Assembly (NCBI GenBank): GCA_964400875.1
Contig: CAYNWK010000003.1
Location: 34,702-98,701 of the forward strand
DNA length: 64,000 nt
Source of the DNA: an uncultured Anaerolineaceae bacterium
GTDB lineage: Bacteria > Chloroflexota > Anaerolineae > Anaerolineales > UBA4823
Direction: 5' to 3'
Below are positions 36,294-46,279 of the stretch, in pieces. The position numbers and the translations under genes were made by a program. Under the pieces are notes generated by a model. The model made no database searches. It saw nothing but the letters and a program-made list of their open reading frames with translations, and was not told where the DNA came from. The stretch's first letter is position 1, and every line of letters starts with the position of its first letter.

Positions 36294-38683
36294 AATCCGC
36301 CGTTTTGATGCGGGTGGGAAAACCCGAAAAAGTGGTCACATTGCTGCTCCTTTTCGTGCTGCTGACCGCCGCCGCCGCCGGCGTGACCAGCGTGCTGACA
36401 GGCCCTGATTGGGGTTCGCTCTGGCGAGGGCTGACGTTTGGGTTGTTGCTTGGTTGGGCGCTGGCCTTAACCCGACAACCCGCGTTGAGAAGCGCGCTGA
36501 TCACGGCACTGCTGGCGGGACTCTACGGCCTGCTGTACGCTGGTGGGCTCAGGCAGGAGCTTGGCTCTGTCCTGACAGAACTCGGTTTTATAACGAGCCG
36601 CCTGATCAGCTATCCCCGAGCTCCCGGGATCGACTTCACCCCGCTGGTTGATCGCCTGGGAGAGGCGATCAACACAATCGCCGTGATCGTGGAGCGGGTA
36701 CATGCATGGGTTCTCGCTCTGGCGGGAGGTGAACCCGCCTTCGATCCGGTGGCAGCGGCGTTTGTGTGGGTTGTGCTCGTTTGGATCGTCGCCGCATGGG
36801 CGGGCTGGGTAGCTGCAGCTCGCAGGAACGCGCTTTCCGCCGTGCTGCCCGCGCTGCTGCTGAGCGTCGGAGCGCTGTCTTACGGCCGGCGTGAGTCCTT
36901 CACGATCTATTTGATGCTCGGTTCGACTCTGCTGCTCTTAGCGACTATCCAGCACGATCGGCGCGAGCAGGAGTGGGACAAAGTAAACACCGCCTACCCC
37001 CCTCGGAAAGGCAGGCAGGTCGGTAACGTGGCTTTCATCGCCTCGACCGGACTTGTCCTGCTAGCCGCGATTGCGTCCTCCATCTCAATCCCGCGCCTCC
37101 TGGAATGGGCATCGGCGTCCAGCGGGCCGGCGGCTGAGGGGGAAGGCGGGCTGGCAGAGTCTTTAGGGATCGTTTCTGCGGTTACTGCCACCCCGGATGT
37201 ATTCGAGGATGTACGTCTTCCCGGGCTCCCGCGCGATCGGCTGATTGGCTCCGGACCGGAACTTTCAAAACGGATTGTGATGACGGTGGCTGTCGAAGAT
37301 TTCCTCTCAATTTTCAAGGCAGGGCAACCACACCCCCTGTATTGGCGCAGCTTTACCTACGACACCTATACCGGTCATGGTTGGCGGACGAGCGACACCA
37401 GCTTGAGTCAATACCAGGCCAACCAGCCCTTGCAGCCGGAACAAGCGCCGCAACGCATCTCGATTGTACAGATCGTGCGACCCGTTGCTGGTCAGGGCAG
37501 CTTTGTGTACGCAGCTGGCGAACCGGTAGCGGTGAATAATCCCAGCCAGGCCGCCTGGCGTTCGCCCAAGGATTTGTTTGGCATCCTCAGCAGCAGCGCC
37601 AACTCCTATGCGACGCGTTCGCTGGTTTCTGTGGCTGACGAACGTACTTTAAGGGCTGAAGGACAAAAATACCCGGATTGGGTCAGGCAGCGCTACCTGT
37701 CTATCCCCTCCGATGTGCCAGGCCGGGTTAAGGAATTAGCCCTGCAATTAACCGCGGCTGAACCGACTCCCTACGATCGGGTAAAGGCGATCGAACAATA
37801 CCTGCGCACAATCCCTTACACGCTGGATGTCCCCTACCCGCCGCTTGATCAAGACCTGGTTGATTTCTTTCTTTTTGATTTAAATAAAGGATACTGCGAT
37901 TTCTATGCTTCAGCCATGGTCGTCCTAGCCCGCGCGGCAGGGGTTCCGGCCCGCCTCGCCGTCGGTTATGCCGGTGGGAACTACGATTTGAACGCCAGGC
38001 GTTTCTTGGTATCCGAAGCCGATGCTCATTCATGGGTTGAAGTCTATTTCCCCGGCGCCGAGTGGGTGCCGTTCGAGCCGACGGCTGGCAGACCAGCCCT
38101 GGAAAAGTCCGGGAACGACGCGCCCGAGATGGCCTCAAGCGTCACGATACCCGCAGGGACACCCTCTCCCGATCGGATCGATCACCTGCCTCCGGGCTGG
38201 ATGCTTTTGCTGGTCTTAGGGGGCTCGCTCGCCGTGATCGGCGCTGCCTGGGTGGCATACGGTGAAATCCGACTGCAGCGCCTGCCAGAGCCGGCAGCTG
38301 CCATTGAGGTCTACCAACGAATGAGGCGCTTTGGCGAATACCTCGGCGTAACTTCAGAACCCGGTGATACTCCCTTCGAGTACGCCTCTTCATTACGTTC
38401 CAGGATCGACGAACTCTCCCAGATTTGGGTGCCTCCGAGGTTCGAACCGCGCGTGTTTGAGGAAATTGCCGCGATCACGGATAGAATTGTCGAGGTCAGC
38501 TACCGGCCCTCTGAATCGGAAAACACAACCAACCAGCTGATCGTCCATCCATGGAGGAAGTTACGCTGGCAGCTGGGTTTAATGCGGCTGACCAGCTCTT
38601 ACCAGTCGTTGCGCGCCCGCCTGTGGGCTCCGCTGGTCGATGAGACCAGCGGAGCCAGGGCTGCGATTAAACCGGCAGGGTGA
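36275..38683 (+). CDS. Transglutaminase-domain polytopic membrane protein (TgpA-like: DUF3488, TGase core, DUF4129 architecture)
   Basis: N-terminal multi-TM region, a TGase core GYCDFYASAMVVLARAAGVPARL…DAHSWVEVYF…WVPFEPT (Cys-His-Asp/Glu triad pattern) and a late TM segment. Confidence 0.88.
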   Translation: MAANGLKSAVLMRVGKPEKVVTLLLLFVLLTAAAAGVTSVLTGPDWGSLWRGLTFGLLLGWALALTRQPALRSALITALLAGLYGLLYAGGLRQELGSVLTELGFITSRLISYPRAPGIDFTPLVDRLGEAINTIAVIVERVHAWVLALAGGEPAFDPVAAAFVWVVLVWIVAAWAGWVAAARRNALSAVLPALLLSVGALSYGRRESFTIYLMLGSTLLLLATIQHDRREQEWDKVNTAYPPRKGRQVGNVAFIASTGLVLLAAIASSISIPRLLEWASASSGPAAEGEGGLAESLGIVSAVTATPDVFEDVRLPGLPRDRLIGSGPELSKRIVMTVAVEDFLSIFKAGQPHPLYWRSFTYDTYTGHGWRTSDTSLSQYQANQPLQPEQAPQRISIVQIVRPVAGQGSFVYAAGEPVAVNNPSQAAWRSPKDLFGILSSSANSYATRSLVSVADERTLRAEGQKYPDWVRQRYLSIPSDVPGRVKELALQLTAAEPTPYDRVKAIEQYLRTIPYTLDVPYPPLDQDLVDFFLFDLNKGYCDFYASAMVVLARAAGVPARLAVGYAGGNYDLNARRFLVSEADAHSWVEVYFPGAEWVPFEPTAGRPALEKSGNDAPEMASSVTIPAGTPSPDRIDHLPPGWMLLLVLGGSLAVIGAAWVAYGEIRLQRLPEPAAAIEVYQRMRRFGEYLGVTSEPGDTPFEYASSLRSRIDELSQIWVPPRFEPRVFEEIAAITDRIVEVSYRPSESENTTNQLIVHPWRKLRWQLGLMRLTSSYQSLRARLWAPLVDETSGARAAIKPAG

Positions 38684-39666
38684 CTCGGATGAAGCCTGAT
38701 AGCGTGGAGAGAGAACTAGCGGTTGACACGGTGCAAGCGTTCAGCAGCAAGGTGGTCGCAAACGTTGAGAAGGTAATCGTCGGTAAGCGTCCGGTCATCG
38801 AGCTTGTGTTGATGGCGCTGCTGTGTGAAGGACACGTGCTGATCGAAGATGTGCCCGGCATGGGTAAAACGATGCTGGCGCGCGCCATCGCTGTCTCGAC
38901 CGGACTCGAGTTTAAACGACTGCAGTGCACACCTGATTTAATGCCCAATGATGTGACGGGCGTATCGATTTTCAACCAGCAAAAGCGCGAATTTGAATTC
39001 AGGCCCGGCCCGATCTTTACCAACATCCTTCTGGCCGATGAAATCAATCGCGCTTCACCAAGGACCCAGAGCGCGCTATTAGAGGCGATGGGGGAGGGCC
39101 AGGTTTCAGTTGAGGGTGTAACTTACTCCCTGGCGCGGCCTTTCATGGTGATAGCAACCCAGAACCCGATCGAGTTTGAAGGCACTTTTCCACTGCCGGA
39201 AGCCCAAATGGATCGCTTTCTCCTGCGGCTGAGCATCGGCTACCCGGATGACGCTGCTGAGAACACGATGATGCAAATGCAGCAAATTGGTCATCCTATC
39301 GATGACCTGGAAATGGTCATTGATGGGCAGCAAATCCCCGCATTGCAATACCAAATCCGCCAGGTGCAGGTGGTAGAGAGCATACGCCGCTATATCCTGG
39401 ATTTAGTGCAGGCTACCCGTGATCACGCTGCGCTCGCGCTTGGCGCCAGCCCGCGCGGCAGCCTGGCCCTGTTTCGCACAGCCCAGGCGCGCGCCGCTTT
39501 GCAAGGCCGGGATTACGTCATCCCCGACGATATCAAACACGTTGCCGTGGCATGCCTGGCGCACCGCATGGTGATGAAACCCGAGAGCGTACTTCGTGGG
39601 GAAACCACGACCGACGTGGTGAGAGATCTGCTGAGACGGACTGAAATACCTATGAAGGAGGCCTGA
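38680..39666 (+). CDS. MoxR-family AAA+ ATPase
   Basis: Walker A VPGMGKT, Walker B LLADEINRASPRTQSALLEAM. The start overlaps the stop of the TGase gene. Confidence 0.92.
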   Translation: MTRMKPDSVERELAVDTVQAFSSKVVANVEKVIVGKRPVIELVLMALLCEGHVLIEDVPGMGKTMLARAIAVSTGLEFKRLQCTPDLMPNDVTGVSIFNQQKREFEFRPGPIFTNILLADEINRASPRTQSALLEAMGEGQVSVEGVTYSLARPFMVIATQNPIEFEGTFPLPEAQMDRFLLRLSIGYPDDAAENTMMQMQQIGHPIDDLEMVIDGQQIPALQYQIRQVQVVESIRRYILDLVQATRDHAALALGASPRGSLALFRTAQARAALQGRDYVIPDDIKHVAVACLAHRMVMKPESVLRGETTTDVVRDLLRRTEIPMKEA

Positions 39667-39808
39667 GGTCTTCTGAGTGCGCGCCGACACGCCCAACACA
39701 GTTGTAAACTCGTATACCTGGCCCTGCACTCGACATTTTCGTTGGTTTAAGCGCTTTTTCGAGCAACTACCTTTGACATTCTGCGCTCGGCGGAATAAAA
39801 TGGTAGAA

Positions 39809-39892
39809 GTAACGCAGTTCGCGAGGAAAATAGGTTGTTTGGGGCGGGCGCCGCCCACCCAAACAGACTAACTCCTTCGTTCAAGGGCGTAA
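39809..39892. repeat. Intergenic nested-palindrome repeat, copy H
   Basis: gtaacgcagttcgcgaggaaaataggttgtttggggcgggcgccgcccacccaaacagactaactccttcgttcaagggcgtaa. Confidence 0.8.
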
Positions 39893-39936
39893 GCTCTTAA
39901 TGGTATCGATTGCAAGTCTATAAGGCCGGAGGATGG

Positions 39937-41070
39937 ATGAGCGCCTGGCCGGGCAAGTACGTCATAGGGTTGACCGGAAACATCGCCACCGGGAAAAGCG
40001 TGGTCCGCAAGATGCTCGAGCACCTGGGTGCTTACGGCATCGACGCCGACGCGCTGGCTCACCGGGCAATCGCCAAAGACGCCCCGGGTTTCAATCCGGT
40101 AGTGGAGACCTTCGGGAAGTGGATCGTGGACGCCGAAGGGCACATCGACCGGGCTAAGCTGGCCCGCGTGGTCTTCACCGACGCCGACGCGCTGGCCAGC
40201 CTGGAAGCCATCGTCCACCCGCTGGTGAGAGAAGCGGTGGACGTCCTGGTGCGGCGGTCACCCCAACAGGTGATCGTCATCGAAGCCATCAAGCTCCTGG
40301 AAGGGGAACTGGCCAAAGCTTCGGACACCATTTGGGTCACCTATGCTCCCTTCGAACAGCAGCTGGCGCGCCTTACGCAGAAGCGCAAGATGAGCGAGGC
40401 ATCCGCCCGGCAGCGGATCAACGCCCAGCCCTCCCAGGAGTCCAAGCTGGCTGCGGCCAGCATCGTGATTCGCAACGAAGGCTCCTTCGAAGAGACCTGG
40501 CGCCAGGTCGTCACGGCCTGGCAGGCTATTTTCCCCTCACCGGAAGCCGAACCGGTCCGCCAGGTGGAAGTCGCCGAGGGGGCGCTGGTTGTCGAGAAAG
40601 CCCGACCCAGCCAGGCCGAGGAGATCGCCGAATTTATCACCCGGATGGATTTGAATCGTCCTCCGGTGACGCGCGACGATATCATGGCTGCCTTTGGCGA
40701 GAAAGCCTATATGCTTCTTTTGCGGAACGAGCTGATCGTCGGGTTAGTGGGTTGGCAGGTTGAAAACCTGGTCGCTCGTACAGCCGAGGTCTATCTGGAG
40801 CCCGATATTCCGGCGGACAAAGCCCTGCGGATCTTGATGGAAGAGGTGGAACGCGCCTCCCGAGAGCTGCAATGCGAAGCTTCGCTGCTCTTTTTGCCGG
40901 ATAAGCTCGCCCGGCAGGAATCCGTCTGGCGCAAGCTGCACTACGAACAGCGCGAGCCGCAAAAGCTGGGCGTGCGCGCCTGGCAGGAGGCAGCTGAGGA
41001 GTCGAGACCGGACAGCGCGGTGCTGTTGTTTAAACAATTGCGCGTGGATCGGGTCCTGCGCCCCGTTTAA
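39937..41070 (+). CDS. coaE: Dephospho-CoA kinase fused to a ~180-aa C-terminal GNAT-like domain
   Basis: GLTGNIATGKS P-loop with a CoaE body of about 198 aa. An extra domain at 40531-41070 (…AYMLLLRNELIVGLVGWQVENLVARTAEVYL…) resembles an acetyltransferase fold. Confidence 0.85.
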   Translation: MSAWPGKYVIGLTGNIATGKSVVRKMLEHLGAYGIDADALAHRAIAKDAPGFNPVVETFGKWIVDAEGHIDRAKLARVVFTDADALASLEAIVHPLVREAVDVLVRRSPQQVIVIEAIKLLEGELAKASDTIWVTYAPFEQQLARLTQKRKMSEASARQRINAQPSQESKLAAASIVIRNEGSFEETWRQVVTAWQAIFPSPEAEPVRQVEVAEGALVVEKARPSQAEEIAEFITRMDLNRPPVTRDDIMAAFGEKAYMLLLRNELIVGLVGWQVENLVARTAEVYLEPDIPADKALRILMEEVERASRELQCEASLLFLPDKLARQESVWRKLHYEQREPQKLGVRAWQEAAEESRPDSAVLLFKQLRVDRVLRPV

Positions 41071-41172
41071 TTCCCCGCGCCTGCTCCAAGAATCGCCGGA
41101 AAGGGATCCCGCGCTGCTTCCCCCCATTCCGCCTGAAAACTTGCCGTCCACGCAATTCATCCCTGGAGATTC

Positions 41173-42117
41173 GTGCCGGGCCAGGCTGCCTGCCTGTTCC
41201 CAGCCAGAGTGATTTTTCCCGTGCTAGATGTCATCGCTGACCTGATCAACAACCTGATATTTGTGTTCGAGCGCCTGGATTGGCTGAGTTTGGTCGATCT
41301 GGGTTTGGTGACGATCATCATCTTCAGCGTGCTTCGCCTGCTGCGCGAGACCCAGGCTGTCGTCTTGCTGCGCGGCATCCTCTTGCTGATCGCCTTGCTC
41401 AGTCTGTTGACCAGCCTGGAGGTCTTACCGGCGTTTTCCTGGTTGGTGAGGACTACCTTGCCGGCTTTGCTCTTAGCCATCCCGGTGATCTTCGCTCCTG
41501 AGATCCGTCGCGCCCTGGAACGATTGGGCCGGGCCGGCGCCATACTGGAGACGCGCGGCTCCAGCTCGGGCGCCTCCTCGGACATCTCCGGGACCATCAA
41601 AGCGGTAGTAGGCGCTTCGGCGCGTTTATCCGACCGCAAGCACGGCGCCTTGATCGTCATCCAGCGTCTGGACAGCCTGCAGGAGTACGTGGAGACCGGC
41701 GTGCGCTTGGAGTCGCGCGTAACCCCGGAGATCTTGCTGCAGGTGTTCTATCCCAACACTCCCCTGCACGACGGCGCCGTGATCATCAAAGGAACGCAGC
41801 TGCTCGCGGCAGCGTGCGTGCTGCCGCTCTCCTCCAGCGGCGTCTTATCCCGTTCGCCGGAACGGCAGATGGGTTTGCGGCACCGCGCTTCATTAGGTAT
41901 TTCGGAGGTTAGCGATGCCGTGGCTGTGGTCGTTTCCGAGGAGACCGGGTCGATCTCGGTAGTCCACGGCGGACGCATGATCCGCCGCCTGGACGCCGAA
42001 CGCCTTGAGAATATATTAAACGCCCTGTTCCGTCCCTTTGCCCAGGGGGGCGGGCTAAAAGCTTTCCTGGCGCGCCTGTTCCCAGGCCTGATCCAGGAGC
42101 GTTTTGAGGAGGGTTGA
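41173..42117 (+). CDS. cdaA: Diadenylate cyclase CdaA (membrane-anchored DAC domain)
   Basis: Three N-terminal TM segments and the DAC motifs GALIVI, PLHDGAVII and GLRHRASLGISE…VVVSEETG. Confidence 0.9.
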   Translation: MPGQAACLFPARVIFPVLDVIADLINNLIFVFERLDWLSLVDLGLVTIIIFSVLRLLRETQAVVLLRGILLLIALLSLLTSLEVLPAFSWLVRTTLPALLLAIPVIFAPEIRRALERLGRAGAILETRGSSSGASSDISGTIKAVVGASARLSDRKHGALIVIQRLDSLQEYVETGVRLESRVTPEILLQVFYPNTPLHDGAVIIKGTQLLAAACVLPLSSSGVLSRSPERQMGLRHRASLGISEVSDAVAVVVSEETGSISVVHGGRMIRRLDAERLENILNALFRPFAQGGGLKAFLARLFPGLIQERFEEG

Positions 42118-43397
42118 TGCTTGTCTCACCACTGCGCTGGTTGATCAGCAACCTGAGCGCATTGCTGCTGGCTTTTGCCTTAGCCGTAGTCGTCTGGATT
42201 TCTGCGGTGACCGAGGCCGATCCCAACGTGGAGCGTATTCGCACTGTGCCCATCGAGGTCATTGGGCAGAACCGGGATATGCTGCTGATCAACATGGAAA
42301 CCGATCAGGTGCGCATTACCTTGCGCACACCCCAGTCTGTTTGGGAGCGTTATGGCGCGGCCGAAAATGCCCTGGAGGCGTGGGTGGACCTTACCGGCCT
42401 GGACTCCGGCCAGCACCTGGTGGAAGTTCAATACCGGATCAACCCGTCCTTTACCCCGGTGCGCGTCGTACAGGTCAGCCCTGACGTGATCACCATCGAA
42501 CAGCAACTGCTTGATTCGCGCAGCTTCCCGGTCAATTTGGAGATTACCGGCGAGCCTGTGGTCGGCTACCAGAAAGGCCTCGCCGCGCGCAATCCCGCTA
42601 CAGTGACCGTATCCGGACCTGCCGAACAGGTCGCACAGGTGGAGGAGGTGCGCGCCGCTCTGGATATCACCGATGCCACCGAAACCATCCAGACTTCCGT
42701 ACCGCTGCTGCCGGTGGATGGGAGCGGCGATCCGGTCGAGGGCGTCAACGTAATGCCCAGCGAGGTCGAGGTCACCCAGCCAATCACCTTGCAGGAGAGC
42801 TATCGCAACGTGGTCGTGCGCGTGGTAACCACCGGGCAGGTCGCCAATGGTTACAAACTGACCAACATCTCGGTCGCGCCGCCCAATGTCGTGGTGTTCT
42901 CGCCCAACCCCGAGCTGGTCAACAGCCTGCCCAGCTTCGTGGAGACGGAACCCATCGACCTGACCGGCGCGACGGACGACCTCGAGACCTTTGTAGATCT
43001 CAACCTGCCGGAAGGGGTCTCGGTCACCGGCGACCCCACCGTGCTGGTGCAGGTCAGCATCGGCGTCCTGGAGGACAGCCTGCGCGTAACGCTGCCGGTC
43101 AGCCCGGTCGGCCTCTTGCCCGGGCAGGCTGCGGTAATCTCACCCGACATGGTGGACGTGATTCTCTCCGGCCCTGTGCCGATCTTGAACCGCATGACCT
43201 CGACCGACGTACGCGTCATCGCCGACCTGCGCGGACTGGATTTCGGCACCCACCAGGTCGATCTCAGCGTGGATGTGCTTCCCGACCAGGTGCAGGTAGA
43301 GACTATCCTGCCCTCCACGGTCGAGGTGGAGATCATCACCGCGCCAACGACTACGCCCACTTCGCCGGCTGCGCCCACGCAGACCGTGCAGCCCTGA
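42117..43397 (+). CDS. cdaR: CdaA regulatory protein CdaR (YbbR-repeat protein)
   Basis: An N-terminal TM segment followed by about four YbbR-like beta repeats. TGATG overlap with cdaA. Confidence 0.82.
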   Translation: MLVSPLRWLISNLSALLLAFALAVVVWISAVTEADPNVERIRTVPIEVIGQNRDMLLINMETDQVRITLRTPQSVWERYGAAENALEAWVDLTGLDSGQHLVEVQYRINPSFTPVRVVQVSPDVITIEQQLLDSRSFPVNLEITGEPVVGYQKGLAARNPATVTVSGPAEQVAQVEEVRAALDITDATETIQTSVPLLPVDGSGDPVEGVNVMPSEVEVTQPITLQESYRNVVVRVVTTGQVANGYKLTNISVAPPNVVVFSPNPELVNSLPSFVETEPIDLTGATDDLETFVDLNLPEGVSVTGDPTVLVQVSIGVLEDSLRVTLPVSPVGLLPGQAAVISPDMVDVILSGPVPILNRMTSTDVRVIADLRGLDFGTHQVDLSVDVLPDQVQVETILPSTVEVEIITAPTTTPTSPAAPTQTVQP

Positions 43398-43406
43398 TGG
43401 ATACGC

Positions 43407-44780
43407 ATGCCTAAACCGGTCGTCGCCCTGGTCGGGCGGCCTAACGTGGGCAAAAGCACGTTGTTCAATCGGCTGGCGGAGGAGCGCCTCGCCGTTGTCG
43501 ATGAGGTCCCGGGGACCACCCGCGATCGCCTGGTGGCGGAGGCGGAATGGGCCGGACATGCCTTCGATATCGTCGATACCGGCGGCATTGACCCCACCGC
43601 CGGCTCGGGGCGCAGCCGCGAGCCACTCTCCGTTGGCTCGGCCGATTTCATCGAACAGATCCGCGCCCAGGCGGAAATCGCCATCCGTGACGCCGACGCC
43701 ATCTTGTTCATCACCGACGCCGAGAGCGGCATCACCCCGGCCGACCACGAGGTAGCCCGCATATTGCGCCGCAGCCAGCGCACCCGGGAAGGCCAGCCTT
43801 ACCCGCCCGTGATCCTGGTGGTCAACAAGGCCGAGAGCGCTTCCCGCCGGCAGGAGACCTACCAGTTCTACGAGCTCGGTTTAGGCGAGCCGTATGCCGT
43901 CTCGGCCCTGCACGGAACTGGCACCGGCGATATGCTCGATGCCCTGGTAGAGACCTTCGCCGAGCCAGGTGAGGAGGCCGAGGACGAATCGATCAAGATC
44001 GCCATCGTCGGCAAGCCGAATGTGGGCAAGTCCAGCCTGCTCAACTGCCTGCTGGGGGAAGAGCGCGCAATCGTGAGCGAGATCCCGGGGACTACCCGGG
44101 ACGCCATCGACACGGTCCTAACCTACGAAGACCTGCCGGTCACGTTGATCGACACCGCCGGCATCCGCCGCCGCGGCAAGATCGAACCCGGCGTGGAGAA
44201 GTACAGCGTGCTGCGCTCGATGCGCGCCATCGAGCGGTCCAGCGTGGCGCTGCTGCTGGTCGATGCGACGGAAGGCGTCACCGCCCAGGACCAGCATATC
44301 GCCGGCTACATTCTGGAAGACTGGAAGAGCGTGGTGGTCCTGGTCAACAAGTGGGACCTGGTCGAAAAAGACAGCTATACGATGAACGAATACACCCGCA
44401 CGATCCGCCAGGAACTGAACTTTCTAGACTACGTGCCGCTGCTGTTCATCTCGGCCAAGACCGGCCAGCGGGTGGACCAGGTGCTTCCGCTGGCGCTGCG
44501 CGTGCACGAGGAACGCCTGGTGCGTCTGTCCACGGCTCAGCTCAACCGCGTTCTGCGCCAGGCCCAGGACCAGCACCCCCCACCGTCGCGGGCCGGCAGG
44601 CACCTGAAGATCTATTACGGCACCCAGGTGCGCAGCGACCCGCCAACCTTTTTGCTGCACGTCAACGACCCCAAACTTGCGCATTTCACCTACCGGCGCT
44701 ATCTGGAGAACCAGCTGCGCGAAGCGCATAGCTTCTTAGGCACGCCTATCCGCATCGTCCTGCGCCCCAGGCGAAAATAA
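43407..44780 (+). CDS. der: Ribosome-associated GTPase Der (EngA)
   Basis: Two G domains (GRPNVGKST…DTGG; GKPNVGKSS…DTAG, NKWD) and a KH-like C-terminus. Confidence 0.95.
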   Translation: MPKPVVALVGRPNVGKSTLFNRLAEERLAVVDEVPGTTRDRLVAEAEWAGHAFDIVDTGGIDPTAGSGRSREPLSVGSADFIEQIRAQAEIAIRDADAILFITDAESGITPADHEVARILRRSQRTREGQPYPPVILVVNKAESASRRQETYQFYELGLGEPYAVSALHGTGTGDMLDALVETFAEPGEEAEDESIKIAIVGKPNVGKSSLLNCLLGEERAIVSEIPGTTRDAIDTVLTYEDLPVTLIDTAGIRRRGKIEPGVEKYSVLRSMRAIERSSVALLLVDATEGVTAQDQHIAGYILEDWKSVVVLVNKWDLVEKDSYTMNEYTRTIRQELNFLDYVPLLFISAKTGQRVDQVLPLALRVHEERLVRLSTAQLNRVLRQAQDQHPPPSRAGRHLKIYYGTQVRSDPPTFLLHVNDPKLAHFTYRRYLENQLREAHSFLGTPIRIVLRPRRK

Positions 44781-44839
44781 CCCAATTACTCTCACATTAA
44801 TTCTTACAAAACTCTAATTTGCCTCTTAGCGATTAAACC

Positions 44840-44868
44840 TTGTACTCACTCTTGTCCGGTCTTATAAT
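44840..44868 (+). promoter_or_regulatory. Candidate sigma70 promoter for lepB
   Basis: TTGTAC, 17-nt spacer, TATAAT, with the -10 hexamer 18 nt upstream of the lepB ATG. Confidence 0.5.
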
Positions 44869-44886
44869 CCCCTCAGGAATACGGGC

Positions 44887-45489
44887 ATGGATAACAATCT
44901 AGAGCATTACCGGACAGAAAATTTACCTGACGCAGCCGAAGAAGACGAAGGTCGTTCGGGCTTCCTGCGCTTTTTAATGGATCTGCTGGAGACGCTGATC
45001 CTCTCCGTGATCCTGTTCGCCGCCATTAACGCCGTGTCGGCGCGCATTCGCGTAGACGGCTCCAGCATGGAACCCACCCTGCACACCGGCGAGTTTGTGA
45101 TCGTCAACAAACTGGCTTACAAGTTGGGCAACCCCGAGATCGGCGACGTGATCGTCTTTCATTTTCCGCGCGATCCAGAGCAAGAGTACATCAAGCGCAT
45201 CATCGGCCTGCCCGGTGACCGGGTGGTAATTACCAACGGGCAGGTGACCGTCAACGGTTTCCCGCTGCGGGAGGACTACATCGCCGCACCGCCGGCTTAC
45301 GAGGCGAGCTGGGAGATCCCGGAAGACAACCTGTTCGTGTTGGGAGACAACCGCAACAACTCCTCCGATTCGCATAACTGGGGCACGGTGCCCGAGAGCT
45401 ACGTGGTCGGCCGGGCGTTGGTGGTCTATTGGCCGCCGACGGAGTGGGGCCTGATCGAACACCCCTCGGTGGCGATCGCCGCGCCTTGA
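44887..45489 (+). CDS. lepB: Signal peptidase I
   Basis: Catalytic boxes GSSMEPTL, KRIIGLPGD and GDNRNNSSDS. Confidence 0.93.
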   Translation: MDNNLEHYRTENLPDAAEEDEGRSGFLRFLMDLLETLILSVILFAAINAVSARIRVDGSSMEPTLHTGEFVIVNKLAYKLGNPEIGDVIVFHFPRDPEQEYIKRIIGLPGDRVVITNGQVTVNGFPLREDYIAAPPAYEASWEIPEDNLFVLGDNRNNSSDSHNWGTVPESYVVGRALVVYWPPTEWGLIEHPSVAIAAP

Positions 45490-45510
45490 GCGCGCTGCGG
45501 GATCCTGGCT

Positions 45511-46263
45511 GTGGAACTTCTGGACGATCTGCTGGACCAAGCCGAAGCCTACGCCCGGGAGCTGCCTCCCGCGCCGCCGCTCCCAACGACGCCGTCAGGG
45601 GCGGAGATAGCAGCCTGGATCGACCACACCCTGCTCCAGCCGGAAGCCAGCGTGCGGGAGGTCAAGCAGCTGTGCGATGAAGCCAGGGAATACGGCTTCG
45701 CAGCAGTGTGCGTGAACCCAGCTTACGCCCAGCTGGCGGCCGGCCTGCTGCATGAGTCCCTAGTGCCGGTGTGCTGCGTGGTCGCTTTTCCTTTCGGCGC
45801 CACCACCCCGACCCTGAAAGTAGTCGAGACGCTGGCCTGCCTGAACGCCGGAGCCAGCGAGATCGATATGGTTCATAATATTGGCGCTTTCAAAAGCGCC
45901 GCTTACGGGCAGGTTTTCAACGAGATCCAGTCGGTGACCCAGGCGGTTCACAACCAGCGAGCCGCCGTCAAGGTAATCCTGGAGACCGCCCTGCTTACCC
46001 GCGAGGAAATTATCCTGGCTTGTTTGATCAGCCGGGCCGCCGGGGCGGACTACGTGAAGACCTCCACCGGCTTTGGGCCCGGAGGCGCCACGCCCGAGCA
46101 TGTCTCCCTGATGCGCCGGGTGGTCGGCGCGGAGATGGGCGTGAAAGCCTCGGGTGGGATCCACACGTACGCGGCCGCCCAGGCGATGATCTCCGCCGGG
46201 GCTTCCCAATTAGGGACCAGCCACGGCGTGGAGATCCTGGCCCAGGCCAGGGCATACGCTTGA
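45511..46263 (+). CDS. deoC: Deoxyribose-phosphate aldolase
   Basis: …AVCV…, KVILET and the Schiff-base Lys region DYVKTSTGFG. GTG start. Confidence 0.9.
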   Translation: MELLDDLLDQAEAYARELPPAPPLPTTPSGAEIAAWIDHTLLQPEASVREVKQLCDEAREYGFAAVCVNPAYAQLAAGLLHESLVPVCCVVAFPFGATTPTLKVVETLACLNAGASEIDMVHNIGAFKSAAYGQVFNEIQSVTQAVHNQRAAVKVILETALLTREEIILACLISRAAGADYVKTSTGFGPGGATPEHVSLMRRVVGAEMGVKASGGIHTYAAAQAMISAGASQLGTSHGVEILAQARAYA

Positions 46264-46279
46264 AGGAGTGCACCAGGCG

